DNA of 64,000 nucleotides, taken from the NCBI GenBank assembly GCA_944389815.1, contig CALXNS010000064.1:810-64809 (forward strand), in the 5' to 3' direction. The notes beneath the pieces are model-generated. The model saw nothing but the letters and a program-made list of their open reading frames with translations. It ran no database searches and was not told the origin of the DNA. Source of the stretch: an uncultured Victivallis sp. Lineage in GTDB: Bacteria > Verrucomicrobiota > Lentisphaeria > Victivallales > Victivallaceae. Shown one piece after another: positions 28,828 through 37,120 of this stretch; the stretch's first letter is position 1, and every line of letters begins with the position of its first letter. The translations under genes were made by a program, and so were the position numbers.

Positions 28828-30023
28828 GGTCTCACCTCGCCGGACGCCTTTTGCTCCGCTGTTTCCCCCGGCGCCGGAACCGATGGATTCCGCGCCTTCA
28901 ATAATTCCGCCACCCGGCGGCGAAGTTCTTCAATTTCACGGCGCGACACCGCCGCTTCCTCCTCGGCTTTCTTCCGCGCAGCGACGGCTTCGGCACGAAT
29001 GCTTTCCGCATCCGTCGCACTCTTCTCCAATTCAGCGACCTTCGCCTCATACGAAGCGGCCGCCTCTGTCAGAATCTCCTGCTGCCGGCGGGCGAATTCC
29101 TCCTTGAGGCGGATCACTTCCGCCTCATGTCGGGTCGCCGCCGCGCTCTCAAGTTTCTTCAGCGTCTCTTCGAACCCCTGCCGCTGCAACGCGAGTTCAC
29201 TTTCAAGTTCAGCCAAACTCCGCTGGAAATCCGCACGCGAACGGTCGAGCAGCACGGTCACTTCCGCAAGCTTTTTTTCGCTTGCATCAACCGCGCGACG
29301 CTGTTCATCCCGGAGAGCATCCACCTCGCCGGACATCGTCGTCCCGAGCGCCTCAACCTTCGCCGAATCCGCTGCCCGCTGGTCGACAAGCTCCACATAC
29401 AGCAATCGAGCCGTCAACGCAATCGCCGCCATCAACAGCACCGCCCCCCCCGCAATAACCGCGGAAAGCAGCCGGAGACGCCGCAAAAGACGACGGCGCT
29501 CCGTTTCCCACACCTCCAGCTGTGAGGCAAGTTTCTCAAATTCACGGTTGATCTGCATTGTCACCGCCTCGAACGCCGGTCGCACCATCGGCAATGCCGC
29601 ATCCCCGGCGTTTTCCGCCGCCCCTCCCCCGGACGTGGCGGCTCCCTCTCCGGCTCCGGAAGCAACCTGCGCGGCTCCTTCGGTGCCTTCCGCCACGGCA
29701 CCGTTCGGATCAACGGAAACATTCCCGCCGGAAGCCGATGAACCTGCCGGAGGCGGCGGAGGCACTGGCGGAACCGCAACTTCCGGACGCAGACCGTAAC
29801 GCGCGGCAAGCTGCTGTTCGATTTCAAATGAACTCAACCCGTTGTTGCGGAATTCACTGATTTCCCGCAATATCCGCAATGATTTCTCCGAATACGCCCG
29901 GCGCTTCCCGCGATTTTCCGTCTCCAGATAATCCCCGTAACGGCTGAGCCAGTCATTGACCGTACTGCGCGCCACACCAAGTTCATTGGCCAGATCGCTG
30001 GCCAGATAGGACTTCGTTTCCAT
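28824..30023 (-). CDS. MerR-type HTH protein with a low-complexity linker, one TM helix and a long coiled coil
   Basis: N-terminus 'YLASDLANELGVARSTVNDWLSRYG', a P/G/A-rich linker, TM 'LLSAVIAGGAVLLMAAIALTA', and a heptad-rich Glu/Ala/Arg C-terminus. It overlaps ribF and acpS at both ends. Confidence 0.7.
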   Translation of the reverse strand: METKSYLASDLANELGVARSTVNDWLSRYGDYLETENRGKRRAYSEKSLRILREISEFRNNGLSSFEIEQQLAARYGLRPEVAVPPVPPPPPAGSSASGGNVSVDPNGAVAEGTEGAAQVASGAGEGAATSGGGAAENAGDAALPMVRPAFEAVTMQINREFEKLASQLEVWETERRRLLRRLRLLSAVIAGGAVLLMAAIALTARLLYVELVDQRAADSAKVEALGTTMSGEVDALRDEQRRAVDASEKKLAEVTVLLDRSRADFQRSLAELESELALQRQGFEETLKKLESAAATRHEAEVIRLKEEFARRQQEILTEAAASYEAKVAELEKSATDAESIRAEAVAARKKAEEEAAVSRREIEELRRRVAELLKARNPSVPAPGETAEQKASGEVRP

Positions 30024-30970
30024 TACACCTGCTCCCTGTAATATTCCCTCACCTGCCGCAAATCGCAGCTGATCTGCCGTTTCAATTCCGACGGATCCGC
30101 AAAGGTACGCTCCTCTCGCAGATGACGCAAAAATTCGACGCCAAGTTGCGTTCCGTACAAATTTCCGCTGAAATCAAGCAGATGCACCTCCACCCGGCGG
30201 CGGGCGTTCTCCCAGCCGAAAGTCGGCGCAAAACCAATGTTCACCACCGCCGGATGCGGTTCTTTCGCCACAAAAGCACGCGCGGCATACACTCCGTCGG
30301 GCGGCAGCACCCCGGCATGAAACGCCAGATTCGCCGTCGGACACGCCAGTTTCGTACTCGCCGCCTGATATCCGCCCTCCACCACGCCGACCAGACGGTA
30401 GGGACGACCCAGCAACTGCGCCGCCTCTTCCAGGCGTCCGGCGGATATCGCCTGCCGGATCGCGCTCGAACTGACCACTCGGCCATTCATACGCACTTCC
30501 GGCACCGCGGCAAGCTTCAATCCGCGTTCGGCGCAGCAGCGCTCCAGAAGCGCGGTATCGCCACTGCCGCCGCGCCCGAAACGCCACTGCCGCCCAACGG
30601 CGATTCCAACGACCTCCACACCGGAGATCGAGGTGATTAAATCGAAAAATTCCTCCGGCGGCAACAACGACAATTCCCGGGAAAAACGCACCACCCAGAC
30701 CTGTTCCGCACCGACGGCGCGCAGCATCCGGATCCGTTCATCCAGCGATTGCAGCAGCAGCGGCGGTTCATCCGGGCGCAACACGGCACGCGGATGCGGA
30801 TCAAAGGTCAATGCCGCCGGAACCGCATCGTTTTCCTCTGCCAGCCGCACCGCAGCTTCCATGATGCGACGATGCCCGGAATGGACCCCGTCAAATACGC
30901 CGATGCCCAATACGAAACGCCCCCGGATCAACGGCATCGCTCCGTTGGCGAATTCCAGAATATTCTCCAC
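30023..30970 (-). CDS. ribF: Bifunctional riboflavin kinase / FMN adenylyltransferase
   Basis: 'GVFDGVHSGHRRI', 'FDPHP' and a C-terminal riboflavin kinase region 'PTANL...DGVYA...PTFG'. Confidence 0.9.
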   Translation of the reverse strand: MENILEFANGAMPLIRGRFVLGIGVFDGVHSGHRRIMEAAVRLAEENDAVPAALTFDPHPRAVLRPDEPPLLLQSLDERIRMLRAVGAEQVWVVRFSRELSLLPPEEFFDLITSISGVEVVGIAVGRQWRFGRGGSGDTALLERCCAERGLKLAAVPEVRMNGRVVSSSAIRQAISAGRLEEAAQLLGRPYRLVGVVEGGYQAASTKLACPTANLAFHAGVLPPDGVYAARAFVAKEPHPAVVNIGFAPTFGWENARRRVEVHLLDFSGNLYGTQLGVEFLRHLREERTFADPSELKRQISCDLRQVREYYREQV

Positions 30971-30990
30971 TTAAAAAAATTCCCGCTCTA

Positions 30991-31019
30991 TTGCATTGCC
31001 CCGGTTTCAGGGGTATATT
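30991..31019 (+). promoter_or_regulatory. Sigma70-like promoter candidate for coaD
   Basis: TTGCAT-N17-TATATT, 58 nt upstream of ATG 31077. Confidence 0.45.
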
Positions 31020-31076
31020 AATGATGCGTTTCTATAAGATACACTGATTTCAACTTCTCGTCAACAGGAAAATGCA

Positions 31077-31601
31077 ATGAAAACCGTTCTCTATCCCGGT
31101 TCATTCGATCCCTTCACCAACGGTCATCTCGATCTGGTGGTCCGGGCCGGGCTGCTCTTCGACCGCGTTATCGTCGCAGTGGCGATCAACTCGGAGAAAA
31201 CGCCCATGTTTTCGCTCGAAGAACGCAAACAGCTCATCGAGGAGAGCTGCCGCCACCTGCCCCATGTTCAGGTCGTCACCTTTCAGGGACTGCTCGTCGA
31301 TGCGATCGTCCGATTCGACGCACAGGCGGTGCTCCGGGGACTGCGCGCCTTTTCCGATTTCGAATACGAACTGCAGATGGCTCTCATGAACCGCAGCCTC
31401 CGCCGTCAGTGCGAAACCATCTTCATGATGCCGACCCTTAAAAATTCCTTCGTCGCCTCGCGCCTCGTCAAGGAAGTTGCACAGCTCAATGGAGAGTTCC
31501 GACCCTACGTTCCGGAACCGGTCGCCCGCGCCATCGAAGAAAAACTGCGTGCCCGGAGCCGGAAACAATCACAGAACACGGAGGAACCGCATCATGATTA
31601 A
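31077..31601 (+). CDS. coaD: Pantetheine-phosphate adenylyltransferase
   Basis: 'VLYPGSFDPFTNGHLDLV' and 'RGLRAFSDFEYELQMALMN'. Confidence 0.95.
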   Translation: MKTVLYPGSFDPFTNGHLDLVVRAGLLFDRVIVAVAINSEKTPMFSLEERKQLIEESCRHLPHVQVVTFQGLLVDAIVRFDAQAVLRGLRAFSDFEYELQMALMNRSLRRQCETIFMMPTLKNSFVASRLVKEVAQLNGEFRPYVPEPVARAIEEKLRARSRKQSQNTEEPHHD

Positions 31602-32061
31602 ATTTTCCGCCGCACGTCTCGCAAAAGAACCCATCGAACTTGACGGCTTCGAACCGGCGGAGTTTCTCGACATCGAACCTTCCGAACTCCTCGCGGTCGA
31701 CGCTCCGGTCGAATATCATCTGCTCGCAAAGGAAGTTTCCGGCGGCGCACTCATCAACGGCACCGTTTCAACCGTCCTCAAGGGACTCTGCGGACGATGC
31801 CTTGCTCCCGTGCGGCGTGAACTCAAAACCGGAGAACTCTGCATCTTCCGTGAAATCGAAAGTCATGAAGAGGAAATCGATATCAGCGACGACGTCCGCG
31901 CCGAACTGCTGCTCGAAATGCCGATGAATCTGCTCTGTTCAGACAATTGCCGCGGACTCTGTCCCGTCTGCGGCGCCAACCGCAACACCACCGAGTGCAG
32001 CTGCTCCGCGCAACCGGCCAATCCGGGATGCTGGGACGCGCTCGACAACCTCAAATTCTGA
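31594..32061 (+). CDS. YceD/DUF177-family protein
   Basis: 'CGRCLAPV' and C-terminal 'CRGLCPVCGANRN...CSC'. The ATG overlaps the coaD 3' end. Confidence 0.85.
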   Translation: MIKFSAARLAKEPIELDGFEPAEFLDIEPSELLAVDAPVEYHLLAKEVSGGALINGTVSTVLKGLCGRCLAPVRRELKTGELCIFREIESHEEEIDISDDVRAELLLEMPMNLLCSDNCRGLCPVCGANRNTTECSCSAQPANPGCWDALDNLKF

Positions 32062-32851
32062 TCGCAAACAAAATCCCGATCAGCAGCAGCAGAAATTCCG
32101 CCGCGCTTCCGGCCAGCGTGATCATTTCTGCGGACACCCCGCCGAAATTCCGGTCGAAATACCGGGAGAACCCGACGATCATTCCCCAGATCGCCAGCCC
32201 CGCCATCAACGCCCCGAACGGAAAGAAACACATCCAGACCACGCAAATTACGCCCACCACCCAGCCGAGCACCCGGTTGCGGATTCCCTCCGATATTTCC
32301 AGAAACGGACGCCCGCTCTCCTCTTCCGGCAATCCGGCCAGCGCCCCCTGAACGGCAAATCCCCCCGCCAGAACAATCACCAGCCATGCGTTTGCATGTC
32401 CGAAGCAAACCAGAAACAACATCGCCGCTTTCACAATCTCCAGCAACGTCAACACTGCCGCGCTCAATGGCGACGTGAGTGCGTTCAGATCCGGATTCAT
32501 CCGTTCCAGCGCCTCGTCCCACGCCAGGCCGCGCCGCCGCAACGTCAACACCGAGGTGGTCAACCCAAGCGAACGGCCACCATCCTTCCACTCCAGCAGC
32601 AGCAGCGCCACCACTGCGAACGCCAGCGCACCGCCGGCCGGATGAAACACCCGTACCAGAAAACTTCCAGCCAGACCCAGCAGCACCCCGAACATCAACC
32701 CGAGCAAGGGAAAGCCCGCCAGACGAAATGCCGCGGAAACTCCACCCTTTGATCGTTCCGCCACGCCGCGCAACACCTCCGGCGGCGGCGCATCGATCAA
32801 CATCTCCCACGCCGCAAGCATCCCGCGATACAACTTCTCAATCGCCGCCAT
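32051..32851 (-). CDS. Polytopic membrane protein, distantly CobS-like (catalytic motifs not conserved)
   Basis: About 6 TM helices. The C-terminus 'FGGVSAEMITLAGSAAEFLLLL' echoes the CobS 'GGxTGDxLGAxxE' region, but the HxDGxxD motif is absent. Overlaps the upstream acyltransferase by 14 nt. Confidence 0.45.
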   Translation of the reverse strand: MAAIEKLYRGMLAAWEMLIDAPPPEVLRGVAERSKGGVSAAFRLAGFPLLGLMFGVLLGLAGSFLVRVFHPAGGALAFAVVALLLLEWKDGGRSLGLTTSVLTLRRRGLAWDEALERMNPDLNALTSPLSAAVLTLLEIVKAAMLFLVCFGHANAWLVIVLAGGFAVQGALAGLPEEESGRPFLEISEGIRNRVLGWVVGVICVVWMCFFPFGALMAGLAIWGMIVGFSRYFDRNFGGVSAEMITLAGSAAEFLLLLIGILFAIRI

Positions 32852-33602
32852 CTCGTATCCTCCAATACTCTTCGTTCATGCTCTGCCAGACCCGTTCCGC
32901 CAGCTCCTTGCGCGCTTCGTCCCGTTCCGGCGTCACCACCTTGAGAAGATAGACGTCGGCGACCAGTTTCCGCAACCCGAGCACCCGCCATAAATGCGGC
33001 ATCAGCCGGGCACTCCCGAACCAGGCAAGCGGCTTATCCGTTTCCGGTTCGCTTCTCAGAAACGTCAGCACAGGCTGAATCGGCGCTCCGGAGGCGACCG
33101 CCGCCTCGAACGGCGTCGATTTGAAAGGCAGCAATCCATGTTTCCCGTCCGTACTGGTTCCCTCCGGATAGACCACCATCGAAATGTGATTGCTCAACGT
33201 AGCCGCAATCTCATCGGCAACCAGCCGCGACTTCTGCCGGGAACTCCGGTCGATCCAGATTGGACGGTTCAAGCCGACCAGCCATCCCAAAAACGGCCAC
33301 CGGCGCATCTCCGCTTTCGGCGCAAACCGCAATGCGAAAACCGAGGCGTGCACCGGGATATCCAGATACCCCTGATGATTGCTCACCACCAGACCGCCCG
33401 GAAACGCCCCGGGATTCCCATGCACCCGGATCGACAACCCGACGATCCGCGATGAAATTGCCGCCCAGGACCGGGTGATCTGCGCCGCTCGCGCCCGCCC
33501 TTTCCAGCCGCGGTCGCGATTGACGATCATCGTGTAGACACCGGCAACCACGAACCAGCAGAACAATCCAACCAACCGCACGATCCGACGCAGCAGCTTC
33601 AT
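32838..33602 (-). CDS. PlsC-family lysolipid acyltransferase (OlsA-like)
   Basis: HX4D motif 'NHQGYLD' and 'VYPEGTS', with an N-terminal TM. Confidence 0.85.
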   Translation of the reverse strand: MKLLRRIVRLVGLFCWFVVAGVYTMIVNRDRGWKGRARAAQITRSWAAISSRIVGLSIRVHGNPGAFPGGLVVSNHQGYLDIPVHASVFALRFAPKAEMRRWPFLGWLVGLNRPIWIDRSSRQKSRLVADEIAATLSNHISMVVYPEGTSTDGKHGLLPFKSTPFEAAVASGAPIQPVLTFLRSEPETDKPLAWFGSARLMPHLWRVLGLRKLVADVYLLKVVTPERDEARKELAERVWQSMNEEYWRIRDGGD

Positions 33603-33629
33603 CTCCCAGACTCCAAGTTCCCCGCAGCA

Positions 33630-34448
33630 CTAAACGTTGAAATGCCGCACGTATTTTTCCGGCAGCTGTTCAAAATCGAACCAGATCAGAAAATCGATCG
33701 ATCCGAATCCGGCATCCAGCGCCGGTTCGCCGCAGATCTTCGCTCCGATCCGCAGATATCCCTTGAACAACGGCGGCAGTTCGCGTTGCAGAAACACTTC
33801 ATCCTCCTCTCCGGTCGTTGCGACGGACGGCGGCTGCGGCAGGCGTTCCAACCGGTATGCCGGGCGCGGCGTCGCCGTGATTTCCCGGCAGAAGAGACGG
33901 CGCTCCTTCAAAATTTCATAGATCCGCCAGCCGATCCGGCAATCGGTATGCTCCAGACTCACACAGCCGAGCATGTAACGGAATCCGAACCGGCGCCGTA
34001 CCGCACCGATTCCCGACCAGAGCATCGCTACGGCTGCGCCATTACGGAACTCCGGCGCAACGCAGGAGCGCCCCACTTCAAATACGTTCGGGGCAAATCC
34101 TTTGAGCGCAGGAATATCGAATTCGCGTTCCGAATAAAACCCTCCGCCATCCGGCGCACACGCCCGCGCCCCCGACTGCATCCGATACGTCCCCGCCACT
34201 CGACCGGATTCCCGGTCGATCACCAGCAAATGCAGACATTTCGCATCAAACTCATCCCGGTCGATCTGCCCGGCGCTGCCGTCGAGTTCCGCCAGCCGCC
34301 CCTGTTCAAGCTTAAACACCTCGTAACGCAGATGGAGAGCTTGTTCCACCTCCGCAGGCGTATCAGCCAATTTGACGATGAATCTCCGATTTTCCATTAG
34401 TACGGCCGAAGCCGTTTCCCGGTGCGATGCGTCGTCGATCTCTTCCAT
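33630..34448 (-). CDS. GNAT-family N-acyltransferase (OlsB / N-acyl amino acid synthase-like)
   Basis: 'ALHLRYEVFKLEQG', 'DEFDAKCLHLLV' and 'FEVGRSCVAPEFRN', typical of the OlsB-type Acetyltransf_5 family. Adjacent to the PlsC-like gene. Confidence 0.7.
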   Translation of the reverse strand: MEEIDDASHRETASAVLMENRRFIVKLADTPAEVEQALHLRYEVFKLEQGRLAELDGSAGQIDRDEFDAKCLHLLVIDRESGRVAGTYRMQSGARACAPDGGGFYSEREFDIPALKGFAPNVFEVGRSCVAPEFRNGAAVAMLWSGIGAVRRRFGFRYMLGCVSLEHTDCRIGWRIYEILKERRLFCREITATPRPAYRLERLPQPPSVATTGEEDEVFLQRELPPLFKGYLRIGAKICGEPALDAGFGSIDFLIWFDFEQLPEKYVRHFNV

Positions 34449-34474
34449 GCAAACTCTTCCTCTTCAATGAATCT

Positions 34475-36031
34475 CTAAAACGGGAAATCACCCACCGCCT
34501 CTCCGGCGGAAGATTCCCGGCGCTTTTTCAATACTTCCGCAGGATCCGCCGCGGCTTCCTGAACCGCAACCCCCGACACCCGAACCGCCTTTTCGCCGAC
34601 TACCGGACAAATATATTCACAGCTCCCGCAGCCGATACACAACTCGGTAATCACATGCGGAATGGTCAAGCCATCCTTCCACGGCTCCATCTGCAACGCC
34701 CCGACCGGGCAATGTTCGGCACAGGCGCCGCAGGAGGTTCCGTTGAGCGGCACCACGCAGCGCGACGGATCGTAGCTCACAACTCCGATCCGGAGCCGCC
34801 GTTTCGCCCGCCCGCCGATATTGGTCAATGCTCCGGTCGGGCAGACCTTCGAACAGTTGTGACAATTGAATTCGCAACGCCCCGCGTGAAAGGAGAGCAC
34901 CGGCATCCCGACCCCGGCAAGGCCGTATTCGTCCAGCGCCGGAACCAGCGTCTTTCCCGTGCAGTTGGCCACGCAGAGCTGACACCCCGTGCAACGCGAA
35001 AAGAACCGTTGCCGATCGAGCGCCCCAGGCGGCATGACCGGAGCTCCGGAAACGTGGTTGAAACGGCGCACCGCCACGCCGGATGTGAAAGCGCCGACTC
35101 CGCCGAGCACTCCGAGGGCAATCGCTCCGCGCCGTCCGGCGTCGACCTTCGGTTTTTCCGCATTCTCCGGCGTCGAAGTGGGCAACGGACGCTCGCGCCG
35201 CAGGAAATGAACCGCGTCCGCTTCACAGACGGCGGCGCAATTGAAACACTCCACACAACGGCCGCTGTCGATCGACTGATCCTTCAAATTGATGCACCCC
35301 GCCTTGCAGGCCCGGACACAGCGACCGCATTTGACGCACCTTTCCGGATCGATCGTCAACGGATACCGCGCAAGACGCGCCGCCAGACGCAGCACGCCTC
35401 CCACCGGACAGAACGTGTTGCAGAACAACCGCCCGCGCCAGAATGCACTCAACAGAATTCCCGCCAGCAGCAACAGCGTCACGACCACCAGCACCGGCGA
35501 CGCGGCGGGTTTCATTTCCAGCGGCACGATATGCCACGAGGTGTGTTCATAGATGAAATCGCTCAACGCGATCAACGCCGGCTGGCCGGCCGAAGCCGTC
35601 CCGCGCATGAAGAGCGAATACGGTTCCAGCCAGCCGAGCGGCACGACCCAGCCGCCGATCAGAGCGAAAAACAACACCGAAATGACCAGCGTCCACAACG
35701 GAAACCGCTCCTTCCGATAACGATAACGAAACGTCTTGAACGGCAATCGCCGCCCCAGCCACGCGAAGACGTCCTGCAACGCTCCGAGCGGACAGCACCA
35801 TGAACAATAAAACCGCCCCCACAGAAGCGTGACCGCCCAGATCATCAGCAGCACCAGCGACGAAATGAGTGCCGTGCCATACCAGCCGGCCACAAATTCA
35901 AACCGCGCAAGAAACGCCGCAGGCGGAAAGAGCGAACTGCCCGCCACCAGAAACGCGGCAAGCAACAGCAGACTTACTCCAACGCACACCCATTTGACGA
36001 TGCGGAATTTGTTCAATCTTCGCCGAGTCAA
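34475..36031 (-). CDS. Membrane-anchored polyferredoxin (NapH/MauN-like 4Fe-4S binding protein)
   Basis: N-terminal TM helices with 'CSWCCPLG', followed by at least five CxxCxxCxxxC(P) clusters. TTG start abuts the DUF362 stop. Confidence 0.85.
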   Translation of the reverse strand: MTRRRLNKFRIVKWVCVGVSLLLLAAFLVAGSSLFPPAAFLARFEFVAGWYGTALISSLVLLMIWAVTLLWGRFYCSWCCPLGALQDVFAWLGRRLPFKTFRYRYRKERFPLWTLVISVLFFALIGGWVVPLGWLEPYSLFMRGTASAGQPALIALSDFIYEHTSWHIVPLEMKPAASPVLVVVTLLLLAGILLSAFWRGRLFCNTFCPVGGVLRLAARLARYPLTIDPERCVKCGRCVRACKAGCINLKDQSIDSGRCVECFNCAAVCEADAVHFLRRERPLPTSTPENAEKPKVDAGRRGAIALGVLGGVGAFTSGVAVRRFNHVSGAPVMPPGALDRQRFFSRCTGCQLCVANCTGKTLVPALDEYGLAGVGMPVLSFHAGRCEFNCHNCSKVCPTGALTNIGGRAKRRLRIGVVSYDPSRCVVPLNGTSCGACAEHCPVGALQMEPWKDGLTIPHVITELCIGCGSCEYICPVVGEKAVRVSGVAVQEAAADPAEVLKKRRESSAGEAVGDFPF

Positions 36032-36940
36032 TTACACAAGCTTCCTGATTTGAATCTTATCCAGCTGAGTCGTCCCCAGCCCGAGCCGTTCCGCATTGCC
36101 GATGTGTCCGACCGCCGCCGGGTCGAATCCGATCAACCGCGCCGCTGCCGTGTCCACCGCGACGATGTCGCGCGACAACAGCAGACTCTTCATCAATTTG
36201 ATTTCCGAACCGGCATTCCCCCGCGGCCCGCCCGTACGCATTACCCGGTAGGCGTCCACGATGTTGAGATCTGGCCGCCGGATCAGCGACGCATCGGCGA
36301 TGCACTGCTGTAAATCGTTCTTATGCATGAATCCGCGATCCCAGACGATTCCCATAAAATTCTTCATCGCGCACGTCAGCAGCGCCCCGCCGTGATGTTT
36401 GAGAATCGGAACATTGAAGAACACATCACTGTCCAGCACCAGCCGGTGCACCCGGGCCCGGCGCATCTTCACCGCGCCCGGAATCTCCACCTCCCGGTAA
36501 TCGCTCTCCTGCTTGCCGCTGACCATCACGCCGCCGGCGCCCTCAACCGCATCGCGGATGCCGCTGCGGCGATAGGAGTTCACCCAGTTGTCGCAGCTGT
36601 TGTCGAAAACGGCGACCTCGGCGGCCCCGGCCTTCAGACAGAGTTCAACCATGTGCCGAATCAGATCCGGATTGGTGTTCGCTGCCATCTCCGGCGGCTG
36701 ATCCCAGCCGATGTTCGGCTTGATCAGCACCTTCTGACCGCGTTTGACGAATGCGCCGATTCCGCCGAATTCGGCGATTCCGCGATCGAACATCGCCGCA
36801 GGATCCTCACCACGCACGGCGACAAGGTCAGGCTCTCCCGTTTCATTTTCAGCGGAAACGCCGGCGCCGCGCAGCGTGCCGGGCAGACCGGCGAACAGCG
36901 CACAGAGCGCCGCTCCCTTCAGAAAATCGCGTCGTTCCAT
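36032..36940 (-). CDS. Tat-exported DUF362-domain protein
   Basis: Twin-arginine signal 'MERRDFLKGAALCALFAG', 'VLIKPNIGW' and 'LKHHGGALLTCAMKNFMG'. Only the last 302 codons of the 671-aa ORF are credible; the rest is antisense to the Na/Pi gene. Confidence 0.8.
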   Translation of the reverse strand: MERRDFLKGAALCALFAGLPGTLRGAGVSAENETGEPDLVAVRGEDPAAMFDRGIAEFGGIGAFVKRGQKVLIKPNIGWDQPPEMAANTNPDLIRHMVELCLKAGAAEVAVFDNSCDNWVNSYRRSGIRDAVEGAGGVMVSGKQESDYREVEIPGAVKMRRARVHRLVLDSDVFFNVPILKHHGGALLTCAMKNFMGIVWDRGFMHKNDLQQCIADASLIRRPDLNIVDAYRVMRTGGPRGNAGSEIKLMKSLLLSRDIVAVDTAAARLIGFDPAAVGHIGNAERLGLGTTQLDKIQIRKLV

Positions 36941-37050
36941 AAAAAACCTCCCGGGGGTTACACCCCTGTAACCATATCTCCTGCAAAACATCCATATATT
37001 AACGATACCACCAAAAAGCCGTTTTACAAGAAAAAGAATCGCAAAATACC

Positions 37051-37078
37051 TTGAGAAATTTATTTTGCGGCGATATAT
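37051..37078 (+). promoter_or_regulatory. Sigma70-like promoter candidate for the Na/Pi cotransporter gene
   Basis: TTGAGA-N16-TATATT, 43 nt upstream of ATG 37121. Confidence 0.4.
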
Positions 37079-37120
37079 TAATCCCGAGTCCCTGCATTTG
37101 AAACAACCCAGGTACACTTT

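Noticed and set aside
28489-29799. 436-aa + strand ORF
   Set aside because: Antisense to acpS and the MerR-coiled-coil gene. Ser/Arg/Ala low complexity.
34427-35803. 458-aa + strand ORF
   Set aside because: Antisense to the polyferredoxin, whose multiple CxxCxxCxxxCP clusters establish the true frame.
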